This document shows, piece after piece, positions 22,531 through 35,700 of a stretch of 64,000 bases of DNA. A program made the translations under genes and the position numbers. The stretch lies in the IMG/VR virus record IMGVR_UViG_3300036406_001149; one strand, 5' to 3'. Within the stretch, counting starts at the first letter, position 1, and every line of letters starts with the position of its first letter. The notes under the pieces are model-generated. The model did not search any database. It had not been told where the DNA came from and saw nothing but the letters and a program-made list of their open reading frames with translations. Source of the DNA: a virus.

Positions 22531-24309
22531 ATGAGCAGTATTGATTTACATTATGGTAGAAATAAATTTTCTACAATATCTGGTACAGCTTACAGATTGC
22601 CTCTACCACTGGTAACTGTCGATACAACAACAAATGTAGATAATGATGGAAATATACTTTCATTTGTATCTTCTATTCAGCTAGAAGGAACAATTATTGG
22701 GAGTGGAATTTCTTCTTTAATGACTGCGTATTCTGGTATACAGAATTTTTTTACTAACAATAGTAATCAGGGTCAAAATTTTAGCATTCTCTGCAATAAT
22801 ACTAATATTAGTACATATAGTGGAGTATACTTAAAATCTATTAATGCCCAAAAAAGCAATGATAATTGGACAGTGTTACTACCATATTCTATTACGCTGG
22901 AAAGCGCCTACCCTGCATCAGGAGTGATAGGATTAATACAGTCATTTGAAGATTCATGGTCTATAGAACCTTTAGAAGAAATATCTTATGTTAATTATGT
23001 TAAAGATGCTGTTCTTAAAGATTTTAAACCATCACAAGCTAATAGAGATTTGAATTCTCCTCCAGCAGACTCTATTCTCTACAATAAAGCAGTATCTGTT
23101 CAAGTAGAGAATATCCTACAACATAGAATCACTCATCGAGTCAGTGCTGTTGGTAAAAGTATAGATAGAAGTGATCTTGTAAATCCTTCTGTTATTATTA
23201 ATAAAAATCCAGCATATATAGAAGCAGCTAGATGGGTAGCAGATAGACTTAATAAGTCATACTCAACAACTAGTATTAGTACCCCAACAGGTATCACAAT
23301 TCTTTCTTCTCCGTCTTCTCCTCCTACTACAGGATTGTATTTATATAATCACGTTCGTACGATTGAATCAAATGTATCTGCTGGATCGTATGGTATTGTG
23401 GATACCTGGTTAGCTTTAACTTCTGGAATTAAATATACAGAAGAATTTACTTGGGAAATTAACACAGATGATAAATTAATTAAAACAGTAACTATGAATG
23501 GAACTATTAAGGGATTGGAGGCAGTAGGTGGTAACGGCTTTACCATGTTTCCTGATCAGTCTATGACAGGAGTGATTAATCCTAATTTTCCCTCTAAATT
23601 TTCTAATCAAAATCAAACAAACAACAAGTTTTCTGTAGCAATTAGTGGTTACAATAATCATGTCAAACCGTATCTTTATCAAAGAGCTTCCTTAGCATTA
23701 TCTGCTATTCCAGGAGGAGCAAAAGCATCTTCCAGCAGTAACACAACAGATCAGATATTTTTTGGCCCATCTGCAAATAATCCATTAAATGTTATTCCTG
23801 CTCAATATAGCGAATCTATGAATCCAGTCGCAGGAACAGTAGGATACAATGTTGTTTATTCAAATAGACCAGGGTCATTTATTCCTGGATCTTTATCTTC
23901 CAGTATTACAGTCACAGACTCAGCCCCTTCTGATCAAGTAGCAGAAACTTTTATTTTAGGCAGACCATTGGGTCCTATATTAGAAAAAGTAGGTACTACT
24001 AAATCCGAAAGAAGGGTTAATGTAGAGATTCTATATCCCGCCCCAACAGGATATGTTCAAGCTCATCCACAATCTCCACAGTGTGTGGTTTATAGCGGTA
24101 ATGCTTCTTTCCAGCAACTACAACAATTAGTCAATTCTTTTAGGCCCATAGCAGCCGAAGCTTTTGCTAGTATAGTACCTACGTCATCTTATTCCATAGC
24201 CAATCAAGGATTAGTATTCAAAACTAGTGATAGTAGAAATTGGAATCCTTTTGAGGGTAGATTTTCATGGGATATTACATGGGTATATAATACTGGAGAA
24301 TGTTTATAA
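22531..24309 (+). CDS. Virion structural protein, probable tail-tip component (592 aa)
   Basis: Long beta-rich ORF in the tail operon. No catalytic motif seen. Confidence 0.5.
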   Translation: MSSIDLHYGRNKFSTISGTAYRLPLPLVTVDTTTNVDNDGNILSFVSSIQLEGTIIGSGISSLMTAYSGIQNFFTNNSNQGQNFSILCNNTNISTYSGVYLKSINAQKSNDNWTVLLPYSITLESAYPASGVIGLIQSFEDSWSIEPLEEISYVNYVKDAVLKDFKPSQANRDLNSPPADSILYNKAVSVQVENILQHRITHRVSAVGKSIDRSDLVNPSVIINKNPAYIEAARWVADRLNKSYSTTSISTPTGITILSSPSSPPTTGLYLYNHVRTIESNVSAGSYGIVDTWLALTSGIKYTEEFTWEINTDDKLIKTVTMNGTIKGLEAVGGNGFTMFPDQSMTGVINPNFPSKFSNQNQTNNKFSVAISGYNNHVKPYLYQRASLALSAIPGGAKASSSSNTTDQIFFGPSANNPLNVIPAQYSESMNPVAGTVGYNVVYSNRPGSFIPGSLSSSITVTDSAPSDQVAETFILGRPLGPILEKVGTTKSERRVNVEILYPAPTGYVQAHPQSPQCVVYSGNASFQQLQQLVNSFRPIAAEAFASIVPTSSYSIANQGLVFKTSDSRNWNPFEGRFSWDITWVYNTGECL

Positions 24310-24328
24310 CACAAGGTAAGAGGACAAT

Positions 24329-27300
24329 ATGACAACACCGTGCTATACGACAATTACAAAATCAGGAACAAACGGAGGACCAGCAACCAACTATAAAATA
24401 TGTTGCTCTAAGGTTTATGCTCAAACTCTGTTTTTAGGATGTAGTATCAAATCTTTCAATGCTTCTTTGGCATGGGGCTCAGAATCCAGTAGATTAACTG
24501 TTGAATTAGTATATGACTCTTGTAAATATCCTTCTTTAACTGATATTAACGGCACGAGAGTTCCAAGACCAACACAAGATAATGCCTATGTAACAGCTAG
24601 ACAAAATAATAATTTTAGCAAGGACGAGAATGGGAATAGCTTAATCCCAGCAAAGGTATATTATGTAGCATCAAACGGAGCAATTGTTTCTAGGTATTGG
24701 TCTGATCCTGACCCTGGTTTTTATGCGGACATGCCTGATCCCAATTTGAGTATAGATATTGTAGGAACACCCGTTTATTTTATTTATGACGATTTTTCAT
24801 TTAATGGTATTGTTAAATCTTGGGAAAAAAGCAATTCTTCTTCGGGTACTGATAGCTATACTGTAATTATAGAATCTCCATCGTATTTACTATCTCAAAC
24901 TAATATGATTTTATCAGATTATGTTGGTTCTATACATTCTAAAGTTGCCTCCGATTCTACTTGGTATTCCGAAAATCAATATCTTGGATTTCCTAGTTTA
25001 GAATACAGTAATGATTATACAGGTTTGATAGGGAATCAAAATATACCTAATCTTATCAATATTTATGGATATTTAGAAGATAATTCTAATTTCAATGGTA
25101 CAGGTGGTAGTAGCGGAGCTTTATTTGATCCAATAACTCGTACGCCAGAATATTCTTATGGCAGATCTATGAAGAATGATCGAGGTATACCTGTTTTGAA
25201 AATTTTAACAGCATTATATGAACTTACAAGTACTGGAGAAGCATATGTAAATAATATTCCTAATCAAGCAGGATATAGAAAATTATTCAGATATGCTCCT
25301 TATGCTAGAATTGTTGGTAAGCCGCCTTTATTAAAAAATACTACTACTATTTATAACTGGCAGAATACAGATAGGTTTCGTATGGGTCTTATAGAACCTA
25401 AACAATTGTCTGTAGACGGAGTTAATGTTTATTTAAGTCCTTTTATGCTAGATATAAGTAATTTAGTAGATAATGGTTTTATTCCAGCAGAATATCGTAT
25501 GAGCGAAACTAATTTAGATATTTTAAGTTTAGTTAATAATATAGCAGATAATACTGGTCAAGAAGTTTTTATTAGTTTAGAAATATTCTGTGTAGGTAAT
25601 TTTACATACCCTGTTATCAAAGTTAATACTTATTCTAATCTAAGAACACCTGGAGATACGGCTGTACAGTCTTTTATCGATGGTATAACAGACGCTGGAG
25701 CAACCATAACTGCAACAAATAAGGGAGAAGAATTTAATAATACTAAACCCGTTAGATCAGTATATATTGGAGGTAAACAACAAAGATTATATCAGGTAAA
25801 AAATGTAAAATATGCTGTTTCGCAAAGTACTCTCAAATACAATCCATATACTAAAACTTTTGCTCAAGTACAACACTATGGACCAAGTGCTACACAACAA
25901 TATAGATTTCCAGATCTTAATAGTTTAAGAAATTTAGATATGGGATATGTTGTAAATACTGTTTTAGGAGTTACTGGCAGAGTTGATGCAAGGGCTGCGG
26001 GAGCTTTTAATACGACGGATACATGGGCTACTAATATATTAAGAGGTAATTATCAAAAACCTCTTAACGTTGTTGGTACTCAAATATCTCCCGCAGAATT
26101 GAGTTATCCTTCTAGTTTATCTGATGCTATTTGTCCTTTTTTTGGTACGGATCCTTTTACTAAATTAGTGAGACCTATTTATCACAATTATAATGAAATA
26201 AATTTACAAACAGGAAATCCTCAAATTAATCCATTTGGCAATAAATCTGGTTTAGGATTTGTTGTAGAGTTTAGCGCTGCAGAAATAGAAAATATAGTAG
26301 GATATAATTTAACTGATCGAACTCCTATTGGAATTTCTGAGTTAGAGTTCAGAGCAGCTATGAGTGGACCAGACGCTTATATTGCATTTATAACTGCCGT
26401 CGCGGCTGAATCAGTATCTCTCGGAATATCCCCTTCTGCTGTTAAACTAGATATATATCGTAAAGTATTAAGATTTTTAGTTAATTTTGGACCTAGTATA
26501 TCTATGGGATTAAAAAATCATTATAATGCTTATAGCAATTCACAATCAGGAGGACAAAGCGTACCTACAGGACCAGCTTCTAGTATTTATACTGATCAAA
26601 GAGCATACGGAGTATTCGTTAAATTACAACAGTTTTTGAAAAATATTGCTGATGAATATTATGGTAAACAATTTATGATTAGTGTTCCTTCTCCTCAAAT
26701 ATATACAGATATTAACACAGCATATCAAGTTACAGGAACTCTGCCAAACGGAAATGATATTCCTTTAACTGGAGGTAGTCAAAAAATTTATTCGTCTTTT
26801 GAGCTAGCAACAGACGGAGCATGGGAAGAACCAGGCAATGTGATAGATGATACTCTAACAATAGGAACATCAGATGTTGATGAATTTATTAATGATAATG
26901 GACTAATACAAACCATATTAGGCTATAGTAATTTACCTCTCTATAATTATTATAGAGAATTTGAATATTCTTTATATAATAATACCATTAATTTTAATAC
27001 AAATTTTAATTTTTATAACTTTACAAAATTTGATGCATATCGAAGCGCTGGTGTTTTTCATAACTGGTCAACATCTAATCCAACATTTTATTGGGAACCA
27101 TCTTTGATGTTTTCAGGAGATAAATATAAGGTAGTGCCATATAGACATTCTTTTTCAGACAGCTATAACTCCAGAACTATACCAGCGGACCTAGCTTCTA
27201 AAGTATATGTTAAAGCAGATGTTGAAGAAAATTTAGTGTTTGCTAAAAATGGTAATTCTGTTATTCCCAAAATTATTGTAAAAACAGATAAAATAGATAT

Positions 27301-29716
27301 TAATCCGATATCACCAGACGCACTAAGTGTTAGTGCTGCTATAGCAGAATTTATGTTGCCAGAATATTCTGCTACTAATAATGCTGTAATTTCTATTAGA
27401 GCTAAAAAAATTCTAGCTATTAGTAATAGATATGTTAACAATGGCGCCGGATTTACTGCTGAAAACTATTTACAGGATAGTGGAAACAAACAATATAACA
27501 ACCTATCTATTGCTCCAAAAGCAGCTATGCCAGCATTTGCCGCTATTCCCGTCAAAGATAATAGAGCTGTATACGGACCATGGATTAGCTCTCCAGATAT
27601 GTTTATAGACGATATTTTTTCGTATTTAGGAGACGACTCAGCTCATAAATCAAGAAAACTAGAAACACTAATCGGAGGAGTTAACGTAAATGTAGACCCA
27701 AGTCTTGTTCCATGGAACTATGGAAGTATGGTAGTTTTAGATATGGTGGCTATTCAACTAGCTACACAAGATAATAATTATCAACTTAAGGGAGAAACTG
27801 GTCAGTTATCATATTACGGCACTCCAATGTTTAATTTAGGAAATGAGTTGAAAGCTGCTGCATATGCATTCGGAGGACCAGTAATCAATAATATACAAAC
27901 ACAAATCAGCGAAAACGGCCCATTAACTACGTATACATTTAGAACATATACAAAGAAATTTAGTTTATTTAATAAAGAAAATGCAGATAGATTAAAAGAG
28001 GCAGGCGAACAAAATATTAGATTTGAAAAACAACTAAGGCAACAGTATGCGGCTATTAGAGAACAACTAAGTTCCATAGCTGGTCGCCCAACACTTTCAA
28101 ATTTTGATCTAGGAGCATCTGTACCAAAACTGAGATCTTACAGTCCATTGAATGTTTTAGTTGGTTATTCTTCTCCATTTTTTAGTCGTAAAGCTACTAA
28201 ACAGCCCAAATTTCTAGCTAATCGATTTGATAATACTAACATATGGACGGGAGACAGTATTCGTCAATTAACCACTGTTACTTTACAAAATATTAGAGAA
28301 GTACCATCAGAATTTGAAAATTCTTATAGTTCCAAAGCATTTATGAGTATGGATGGTTTATTGCAGCCTATATCTTTTTATCCAACGTTGTCCAACTCTA
28401 CTACTCCTCTAAAAAAATATTATACAAGTGGTTGTCCGTTTTGTAACGGAACCAAACAATATTCTTTTACTTTATCTGATGGAAATACCAGATCTCTATG
28501 GTGTGATTTTTGTAGTGGTGAAGTAGCTGGTTCTGAAGCAGGACCATCAGATGCTAGTAATGGAAGATTACCTCCCTTTATTTTATCGAACGAAGCTGAT
28601 TCGTCCATTATCAGAGATCCAAATGCTGTGAGCGCTCTACTAGATAATTTTAAACGAAAACGAATTAATTATGTTAATTTAAATCCTCTCATTATGCCAG
28701 TTGGAGAATTACGTAATCAATATGCTCAGCTTAATGACTTTACAGCTCATCATATCGACATTGTTGGTAGAAGTCAAGTACCTCCACAATCTTTATCATT
28801 TTATCAGAATTTGGATATAGATCAAAATGGTAGAGAATACTCTGATCAAAATAATAGTTTTGCTGATGCAGATATTAATTCTAAATCTTTTGATAATGTT
28901 AATAATCGTACTAATACTAGTATTACTCAGATGAATTATAGATTTTTAGGATTACGAGGTCCATTGATAATGGCTGGCTGGGGGTTTGACACAGAGGGAT
29001 ATCCTGTTCCTAATGCTTCTGGTGAGCCAAAAGGATTTTTTAGTAATGGCCAGCCTTGGAGAATCTCATCTTTAACACAGCAACAAACAGGAACAGAAGG
29101 GGCAATACTCGGCAAAAATCAAGAATGGTCGAATGATGAAGGAAGATGGAGTGAGCCTACGAGAGAAGATAAATTTTATCAGGGTTGGGGTTTAAGGCCG
29201 GATTCGTGGCCAGTCGGACCAGTAGACCTTAGATGGGATCATGCGAAAAAAGTGTGGACTACTCCACAGCCATATAAGCTCGTTGATATACAATTAGAAG
29301 ATGATCTTGTACCACCATTTCCTGCTAGAGGCTTCTTAAATGCCGTAGACAGAAAAACACCACTACCCAATGGTCTCAGGCGCATGGTATTTGTCAAAGA
29401 TTCGTCTGAAACATTTGGAGCACCAAGAGGCGCAAAAATTTTATGTTATTATGATGAAGGTTCTGGCTTTTATGAACCAATATCTCGTCAAAATATTATT
29501 GCTTTAGGATATATACAAAGCAATGGTTCTGCTAGGATTTTTAATGCATATGCTAAAGGTTACGATCCAGTTACCGGGTTGCCAGAAAGTCCAGAAGAAA
29601 TAACCGTTCAATATGGGAATCCTTTGAATTTCCCATTAACTACTCCAAACCAGACCGGTGTATTTATGTATATAAGGAATTCATGGACTCTTATTAGTAC
29701 ATATAGCTGCACTTAA
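24329..29716 (+). CDS. Large tail-tip / baseplate hub-like protein (1795 aa)
   Basis: N-terminal beta pattern (FLGCSIKSFNASLAWG...LTVEL...FSFNGIVKSWE...YTVIIESP) typical of hub/tail proteins downstream of a TMP. RBS GAGG. Contains a CPFC...WCDFC motif. Confidence 0.55.
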   Translation: MTTPCYTTITKSGTNGGPATNYKICCSKVYAQTLFLGCSIKSFNASLAWGSESSRLTVELVYDSCKYPSLTDINGTRVPRPTQDNAYVTARQNNNFSKDENGNSLIPAKVYYVASNGAIVSRYWSDPDPGFYADMPDPNLSIDIVGTPVYFIYDDFSFNGIVKSWEKSNSSSGTDSYTVIIESPSYLLSQTNMILSDYVGSIHSKVASDSTWYSENQYLGFPSLEYSNDYTGLIGNQNIPNLINIYGYLEDNSNFNGTGGSSGALFDPITRTPEYSYGRSMKNDRGIPVLKILTALYELTSTGEAYVNNIPNQAGYRKLFRYAPYARIVGKPPLLKNTTTIYNWQNTDRFRMGLIEPKQLSVDGVNVYLSPFMLDISNLVDNGFIPAEYRMSETNLDILSLVNNIADNTGQEVFISLEIFCVGNFTYPVIKVNTYSNLRTPGDTAVQSFIDGITDAGATITATNKGEEFNNTKPVRSVYIGGKQQRLYQVKNVKYAVSQSTLKYNPYTKTFAQVQHYGPSATQQYRFPDLNSLRNLDMGYVVNTVLGVTGRVDARAAGAFNTTDTWATNILRGNYQKPLNVVGTQISPAELSYPSSLSDAICPFFGTDPFTKLVRPIYHNYNEINLQTGNPQINPFGNKSGLGFVVEFSAAEIENIVGYNLTDRTPIGISELEFRAAMSGPDAYIAFITAVAAESVSLGISPSAVKLDIYRKVLRFLVNFGPSISMGLKNHYNAYSNSQSGGQSVPTGPASSIYTDQRAYGVFVKLQQFLKNIADEYYGKQFMISVPSPQIYTDINTAYQVTGTLPNGNDIPLTGGSQKIYSSFELATDGAWEEPGNVIDDTLTIGTSDVDEFINDNGLIQTILGYSNLPLYNYYREFEYSLYNNTINFNTNFNFYNFTKFDAYRSAGVFHNWSTSNPTFYWEPSLMFSGDKYKVVPYRHSFSDSYNSRTIPADLASKVYVKADVEENLVFAKNGNSVIPKIIVKTDKIDINPISPDALSVSAAIAEFMLPEYSATNNAVISIRAKKILAISNRYVNNGAGFTAENYLQDSGNKQYNNLSIAPKAAMPAFAAIPVKDNRAVYGPWISSPDMFIDDIFSYLGDDSAHKSRKLETLIGGVNVNVDPSLVPWNYGSMVVLDMVAIQLATQDNNYQLKGETGQLSYYGTPMFNLGNELKAAAYAFGGPVINNIQTQISENGPLTTYTFRTYTKKFSLFNKENADRLKEAGEQNIRFEKQLRQQYAAIREQLSSIAGRPTLSNFDLGASVPKLRSYSPLNVLVGYSSPFFSRKATKQPKFLANRFDNTNIWTGDSIRQLTTVTLQNIREVPSEFENSYSSKAFMSMDGLLQPISFYPTLSNSTTPLKKYYTSGCPFCNGTKQYSFTLSDGNTRSLWCDFCSGEVAGSEAGPSDASNGRLPPFILSNEADSSIIRDPNAVSALLDNFKRKRINYVNLNPLIMPVGELRNQYAQLNDFTAHHIDIVGRSQVPPQSLSFYQNLDIDQNGREYSDQNNSFADADINSKSFDNVNNRTNTSITQMNYRFLGLRGPLIMAGWGFDTEGYPVPNASGEPKGFFSNGQPWRISSLTQQQTGTEGAILGKNQEWSNDEGRWSEPTREDKFYQGWGLRPDSWPVGPVDLRWDHAKKVWTTPQPYKLVDIQLEDDLVPPFPARGFLNAVDRKTPLPNGLRRMVFVKDSSETFGAPRGAKILCYYDEGSGFYEPISRQNIIALGYIQSNGSARIFNAYAKGYDPVTGLPESPEEITVQYGNPLNFPLTTPNQTGVFMYIRNSWTLISTYSCT

Positions 29717-29727
29717 AAAGGAATAGT

Positions 29728-32700
29728 ATGGCCGCCTGTGATTGTGATATTAAGAATAATTTATTAGTATATGAATTATTAAACAATATAGATAATACTG
29801 TTTTTAACTATGATTTAGCAGATTATATAAAGCCGTACGATGTTTCGTATAGCGGCGTATGGATGCCCTATTTTCATACAACTCAACCAAAATCCATCGA
29901 TGGGTCCATATGGAAAGAATATACCAGTAATACTTGTCAATCTAGCACTCCGAATGGTTTGGGTGTTGCTAATTTCTTATATATTCCGCAAACACAGGGT
30001 TTAAAAAATTGGTCTGTAACTGGACCCTTATTTATGAATTTAGATTGGGTTGTTAATTTTCAACCTTGTGCTAATTATAATGAAACTATTTTATTTTGGT
30101 ATAGATATTGGGATATAAATAGAGAAAATGACAATAGACTAGTTCCTGGTGTCGATTTATATATTTCAGATGGTGATTTTGCTATTATTAATGGAGCACC
30201 AAATGTTACTGATAATTTAAAAAATAGCGCACGATTAATTAAACAATCATTGACATCTGCTAAAATTACGTGTGATGTAGACTGGTTATCAAAGCTGTTA
30301 TCTTCTGGCCCTCAGATAGATTGGGTTACTGAGATTCTAACAGGAGCAGGAATAGACGAGTGTGAAAAGTTTGAGCCAGGATGGACGGTAGAATCTATTC
30401 AATATCCTAGAGATGAATATTATAGAATACTACCTTTCTTAAAATTAATGTCAGATAAACCATATAATGATATTGGAACCAATAATTATATTCAATCTAA
30501 AAGTGATTTAATTTATAAACTAGTTTCTAAATGTGGTTTGCAGCTTGTAATTCCTCCAAACTCTACAACAATTTTTACTTCTAATTTTACTAGCGATACC
30601 GGACCCAATATCTCTATTAGTTCAAATCAACAACTTTTTGTTCCATCTAATAATCCTGGAGCAGGATATTCTGTTGCTTATAGTGTTGGAGACTTATTAT
30701 TTAAAGCAGCTCCATCTGGTTTTGTTAATCCCATTATGACAAAGTATAATAGTACTGTCTTGGCTGATACTCATAGACTAAATACATTTACTCTTAATGA
30801 TAAAGTTTTAGGTTATAACCTATCTCCTGTAGTGTCCGGAACATTTGATCCTAATATTTCTAATATACAATTTCATGGTTTTGGTGGAGTAAAAATTAAT
30901 ACAGATATTAAATTAGGACAAGCTTGTGATAATGAATTTAATCTTAACTTAGGTGGAGTCATTTCTATTACCATGATCAATGGAGGGTCCGATTATACCT
31001 CTCCTCCTACCGTAAGTATACAGCCATCCGCGTCTGATTCGGGAGCAGGAGGAGCAACAGGAATAGCTGTTATTGGAGATGGAGCATTACAAGAAATTAA
31101 TATCATCAATCCAGGTAAAAATTACTTTACTCCACCAAAGGTTTACATAGTTGGTGGAGGTGGAACAGGAGCCACAGCTGTTGCACAAGTATCTGAAGAT
31201 GGACTTATTACAAATATCAATTTACAAAATCGTGGAACAGGATATTATTCACAACCAACGATATATTTGATTGGTTGCGGAACAGAAGGTGTTGCCGAAG
31301 CAGAATTAACCTCTAGCGGACAAGTAACTAGGGTTATCATCACTAATCCTGGTTCGGGTTTTACTAAATCTCCGTCTATTAGTTTTAGTGGAGGAGGAGG
31401 ATCAGGTGCTCAAGCCAAGGGAACAGTAGCTGGTACCCAGCATGAATTTCAAGAAGATACTGGAGAATTACCCAAGGCGAGATACTGCTCTGGATCAACC
31501 TATGGACAACAAACAGTTAATATCCCAGATGGTTTGGGTTCTGGTCCATACTATGTTAGAATCACAGGTAATGTAAGCGATGATTTATTAGTAAATGGAA
31601 CCATAATCGACTGCGGAAGATATGCTTCGGGAACATACAAATGCAACAACGACCATAGTATAGATTACTTATTTAAAACTTCCTCGTCATTCTTCACCAT
31701 AGCTGTTAAAAATAATTTTGGTGGAATAATCTCATATAATTTAAAAATAACCTTCTCAGGCTCTGCTAAATATAATAATACGAAACAATTCGATGATAAA
31801 CCCTTTTTTATCGACAACTATCGTCCTGCAAATAGAGTTTATGATACATTTGAAACCGGCCCAGCTGCTATAAGCATAGGATTTACTACAGCTAGTAATA
31901 GTCAATTACGCATTAAAGAAAATTTTAATCTTAATTATTTAAGAAGTGCTTCTAAGCCATCTTGTCCTGCTTTTATAGAAACCAATTCTCAAGAATGTGA
32001 TTGTCAGTCCTTAACATCTATACATCCAAATATAGGTATTCAACAAGCATCTAATGAGTTTAATAATGTTGGTATTCCTAATACATCTACATATTATTTA
32101 CCATCAGGTATGTACTATGGAGGATTATTATCCAATTTAGTTGGAGAAAATGGAATCATTATACCTGGTCATCCATCACCTGGAACACCACTTCCCAAAT
32201 CTCATGCTCCTATTTTTCCTTCCAATGAATCTTGTAAATACTCAAGAGCCGGATGTGGGAATGGAACAGTCTATTTTGATATTCCTTATCCAGCTACTCT
32301 AAAACTAACGACACAAGCTAGCAAAGGTAAATTTTCTCTGCTCTGGAATGGTAAGGCGGTTACTTCAACTAAAACAGGATCTGACGAATTAATACTTACC
32401 AAGTCTACAGCAAGTCCCGCTAGTGTACAAGTAACATTCGGAGGAGCTACGGCTGATGATCCAGAGATTCAGTGGGGAGTATCTCTAGATGCAATACAAA
32501 ATACATATACACAACAGGTTGTTAGTGCTGGATTCTCTATGGTAGGTAGTAAGGGATTTTTCCATCCCAATTTTGGTTGGACTTATGATAGTCGATACTC
32601 AAATAAAACGGCAGTCTTACCTCAAGGAACAACAGTTCTTGCTACACAAAGCATATCTTATGGAAGTAGTGTTAATTGGGGAGGTTACTGTAATCCTCAA

Positions 32701-35700
32701 ATAGCTGGTGAAAAAATTATTACTATACCGAATAATATAGCATTACCAGTTTATGTAAATATAAAAGGATTTGTTGATGATGATTTAGTGATCAATGGAG
32801 ATGTTATAGAACCAGGAAAATATCCGTATTGGATTTTTCCATGCAACGGAGCGCATAATGTTGACTACACATTCTTGTGCAATGAAAGATCTTTCACTGT
32901 TGCAGCAGCTGATAATATTGGTGGTTGGGTAGGATATAATCTAGATATTAAATTTCAAAGTGCTACTAACTATTTTTATAGTGCATATAGTATGTATGAT
33001 GAAGAATATTTAGAAGGATACAACTTTATATTTAATGAAACAAATTTATCTGTTTATCAAAAAGAAAATATAGCATATGCTAAGTATTTAGGTATTCCAA
33101 CACAAGGAGGAGCATATTTAGTTACAGATAAATGGCGTAAAATTAGATATACTCCAACAGAGAGTTTAATTCTTGATTTAGTGCCATTTGAATACATTAA
33201 TTTAGATTATTTTGTTAATGATCACGGAAGATTTATTAATGATTTAATTTATGAACAAGTTGGAGTCGATTCTATAAGAATTACTAGTTTAGACGGAACT
33301 AATAGAGCTACTTCGTATTTTGATATTGTTAATCCAACATATCAAACATGGAAAGTTGTTTTATATAGTCGGCTGAATTTAAACAAAAATTTTGAGGCTA
33401 CTATAAACTATATTCAAGATAATATTATATATCTCAGACAAAATTTACCGTCCAAAAATATAGATCAAGGTATCGACTATTCTTCCGGATTAATTAGAAA
33501 GATTAACGAAGAGCTGGATGATTATGTTCCGTCTATTCTTGTTCTAAGACCATATAAAACAGTGAGAGATGATTACATTTCTGTAGGTAAATGGGGGAAT
33601 ATGTCATATGGTAAAGCAGCTCTAAATGCTACACAAGCATTACCTAAATATAATAATTCCACTTTAAGAACTTCAGTATATCCAAATACATATTTTACAT
33701 GGGGTGTTCCATTAGCTTTCTATAATGGATATGATCCAGATAATAAGTCTTATTATTTTCCATTAACTAGAATATGGGCAGAAAAATATAGCAATCAACG
33801 AATACTACATGTATTGGGCCAAAATAATCAATATCCAGTAGGAAATCCTAATCCTCAAGGAGATATGATTATATCATCTGGTTCTATTTCTGGTAGGCAA
33901 GATTATATTTATGTTGGAACATATACAGGACCTATAAGAATTGAAATTAATATCGATAGAGCTAATAGTATACAAACACAAAAATATGATGTTGTATTGT
34001 ACTATAATGGTAGCGAGGTATCAAGACAAAGAGTAAATAACAATAATCAATTTACTTTCTATAGTAATAAATCCTCATACTTAGGACTATACGCTATTGT
34101 TAAAATAGAACAAAATCAGAGCGGTTGCACCAATAGTAATACAGCATATATTACAGGTACTGTGTCTTTAAGGTCGTATTCCGTAATAGCTAATACTAAT
34201 AATAATGATCTTAAACAAACAACTAGATTGTGCTATCATAAACATGAAACAATAAATAAAGACTCAATGTTTCCTAAGTCTTTAGTTGCTGGTATAGGTG
34301 GAGCTCTAACATTATGTAATACTAAAATAGCTCCCCTCTCTTATAATAAAGATACTACAAACTTTAATTTATTAAAAACTAAAGATTTTTCTCCATTATT
34401 AGATCTTCATATTTTTTCTAGTCTAGAGAAGCACCAACCTGTTAAATCTAATGGCGGTATTGTTTTCTTCGAAGATTTTTTACAACCAAAACCTTTGAAT
34501 TTTTCTATGCAGATACCGTATAATGAAAATTTCTTTTGGATAGACATACCTCATAACACAGAATGGCAACTATTAACAAAAAAAGGAATTATATTTAAAT
34601 CTAATCAAGTTTATAAGGTACTAAAAAAATTAAAATATACTTGCCAAGGAGATGCTTCTTTATGTTCATCAAGATATAAAAAAAATATCTGTCAAGATGA
34701 ATATAGTTTAAGTATAGGAGATTTATGGGATAAACTAGGACTAACAGCACAAGATAGTCAGTATTTCGATGTAGTTTCTGTTTCTTTTCCGGGAGACTGT
34801 GGAAATATTGATTATTGCTGTGAGCCAGGAGACTGGAACTGTGCAAACTCTCAGGCCCAACAAAGAGATAGATGCTATAGTTTTTGGAATGATTACAAAG
34901 TTGATGTTAACTGTCAAAGCGCTACAGATCCTAATACAAATCCACAATGTTTGGATTCTATCAGCCAACCAACAAATGCCAAAGGTACTATTCGAGCAAC
35001 AACAGAGTATTTTGTATTAAAACTTAAAGAAAATATATTACCATATTTACATAATATTACCAATCCTAGATTCCACTTTTTTAGAAACGCATCTACGGTA
35101 CCAATTCCATGTACATCTACTACTCTTAATAGTGTTGGTACATCATTTTTAGTAAATTATTTTTGTAATATAATTACTGATAAATGTGAATATATTTTTC
35201 CTAAAGATTATAGTTTAGGTTCTGAATATACTCCTGGTAATTTTATAGATCTTAGTCCATCTATTCTCGATCCTGGTAATGCGATTATTAATACTCCTCC
35301 TCTATCCGTTATTTTATCGAATGAAGAAAAATACAGAAGTATTGTTTCCCATCCTAATAATATTAGTCCTCCTTTGAAAGAATATGATCCAGAGGCGGAC
35401 ACAAAATATTGTATTACAAAAACTTTTACTATTAAAGGTACAGATAATTGTATTGCTCCAGGACTTTTATTCAGGTTAGAGGTGGATAATTTTAGATGTC
35501 AATTTTCTTTAGATAAAGACATAGAAGGAAATGTTAGTATCAAATCTTGTTTCGATGATTTGACACTAAAAACTAAAGACAATAATGCAACTTTTACAGT
35601 ATCTCGTACTATAGCAGAAGGGACTTTTTCGTGCAATAGCAATGGAGATCCAGTGACAGGAGGATCTCCTCCTGATAATTTTTTTAATCAACAAGATTTT

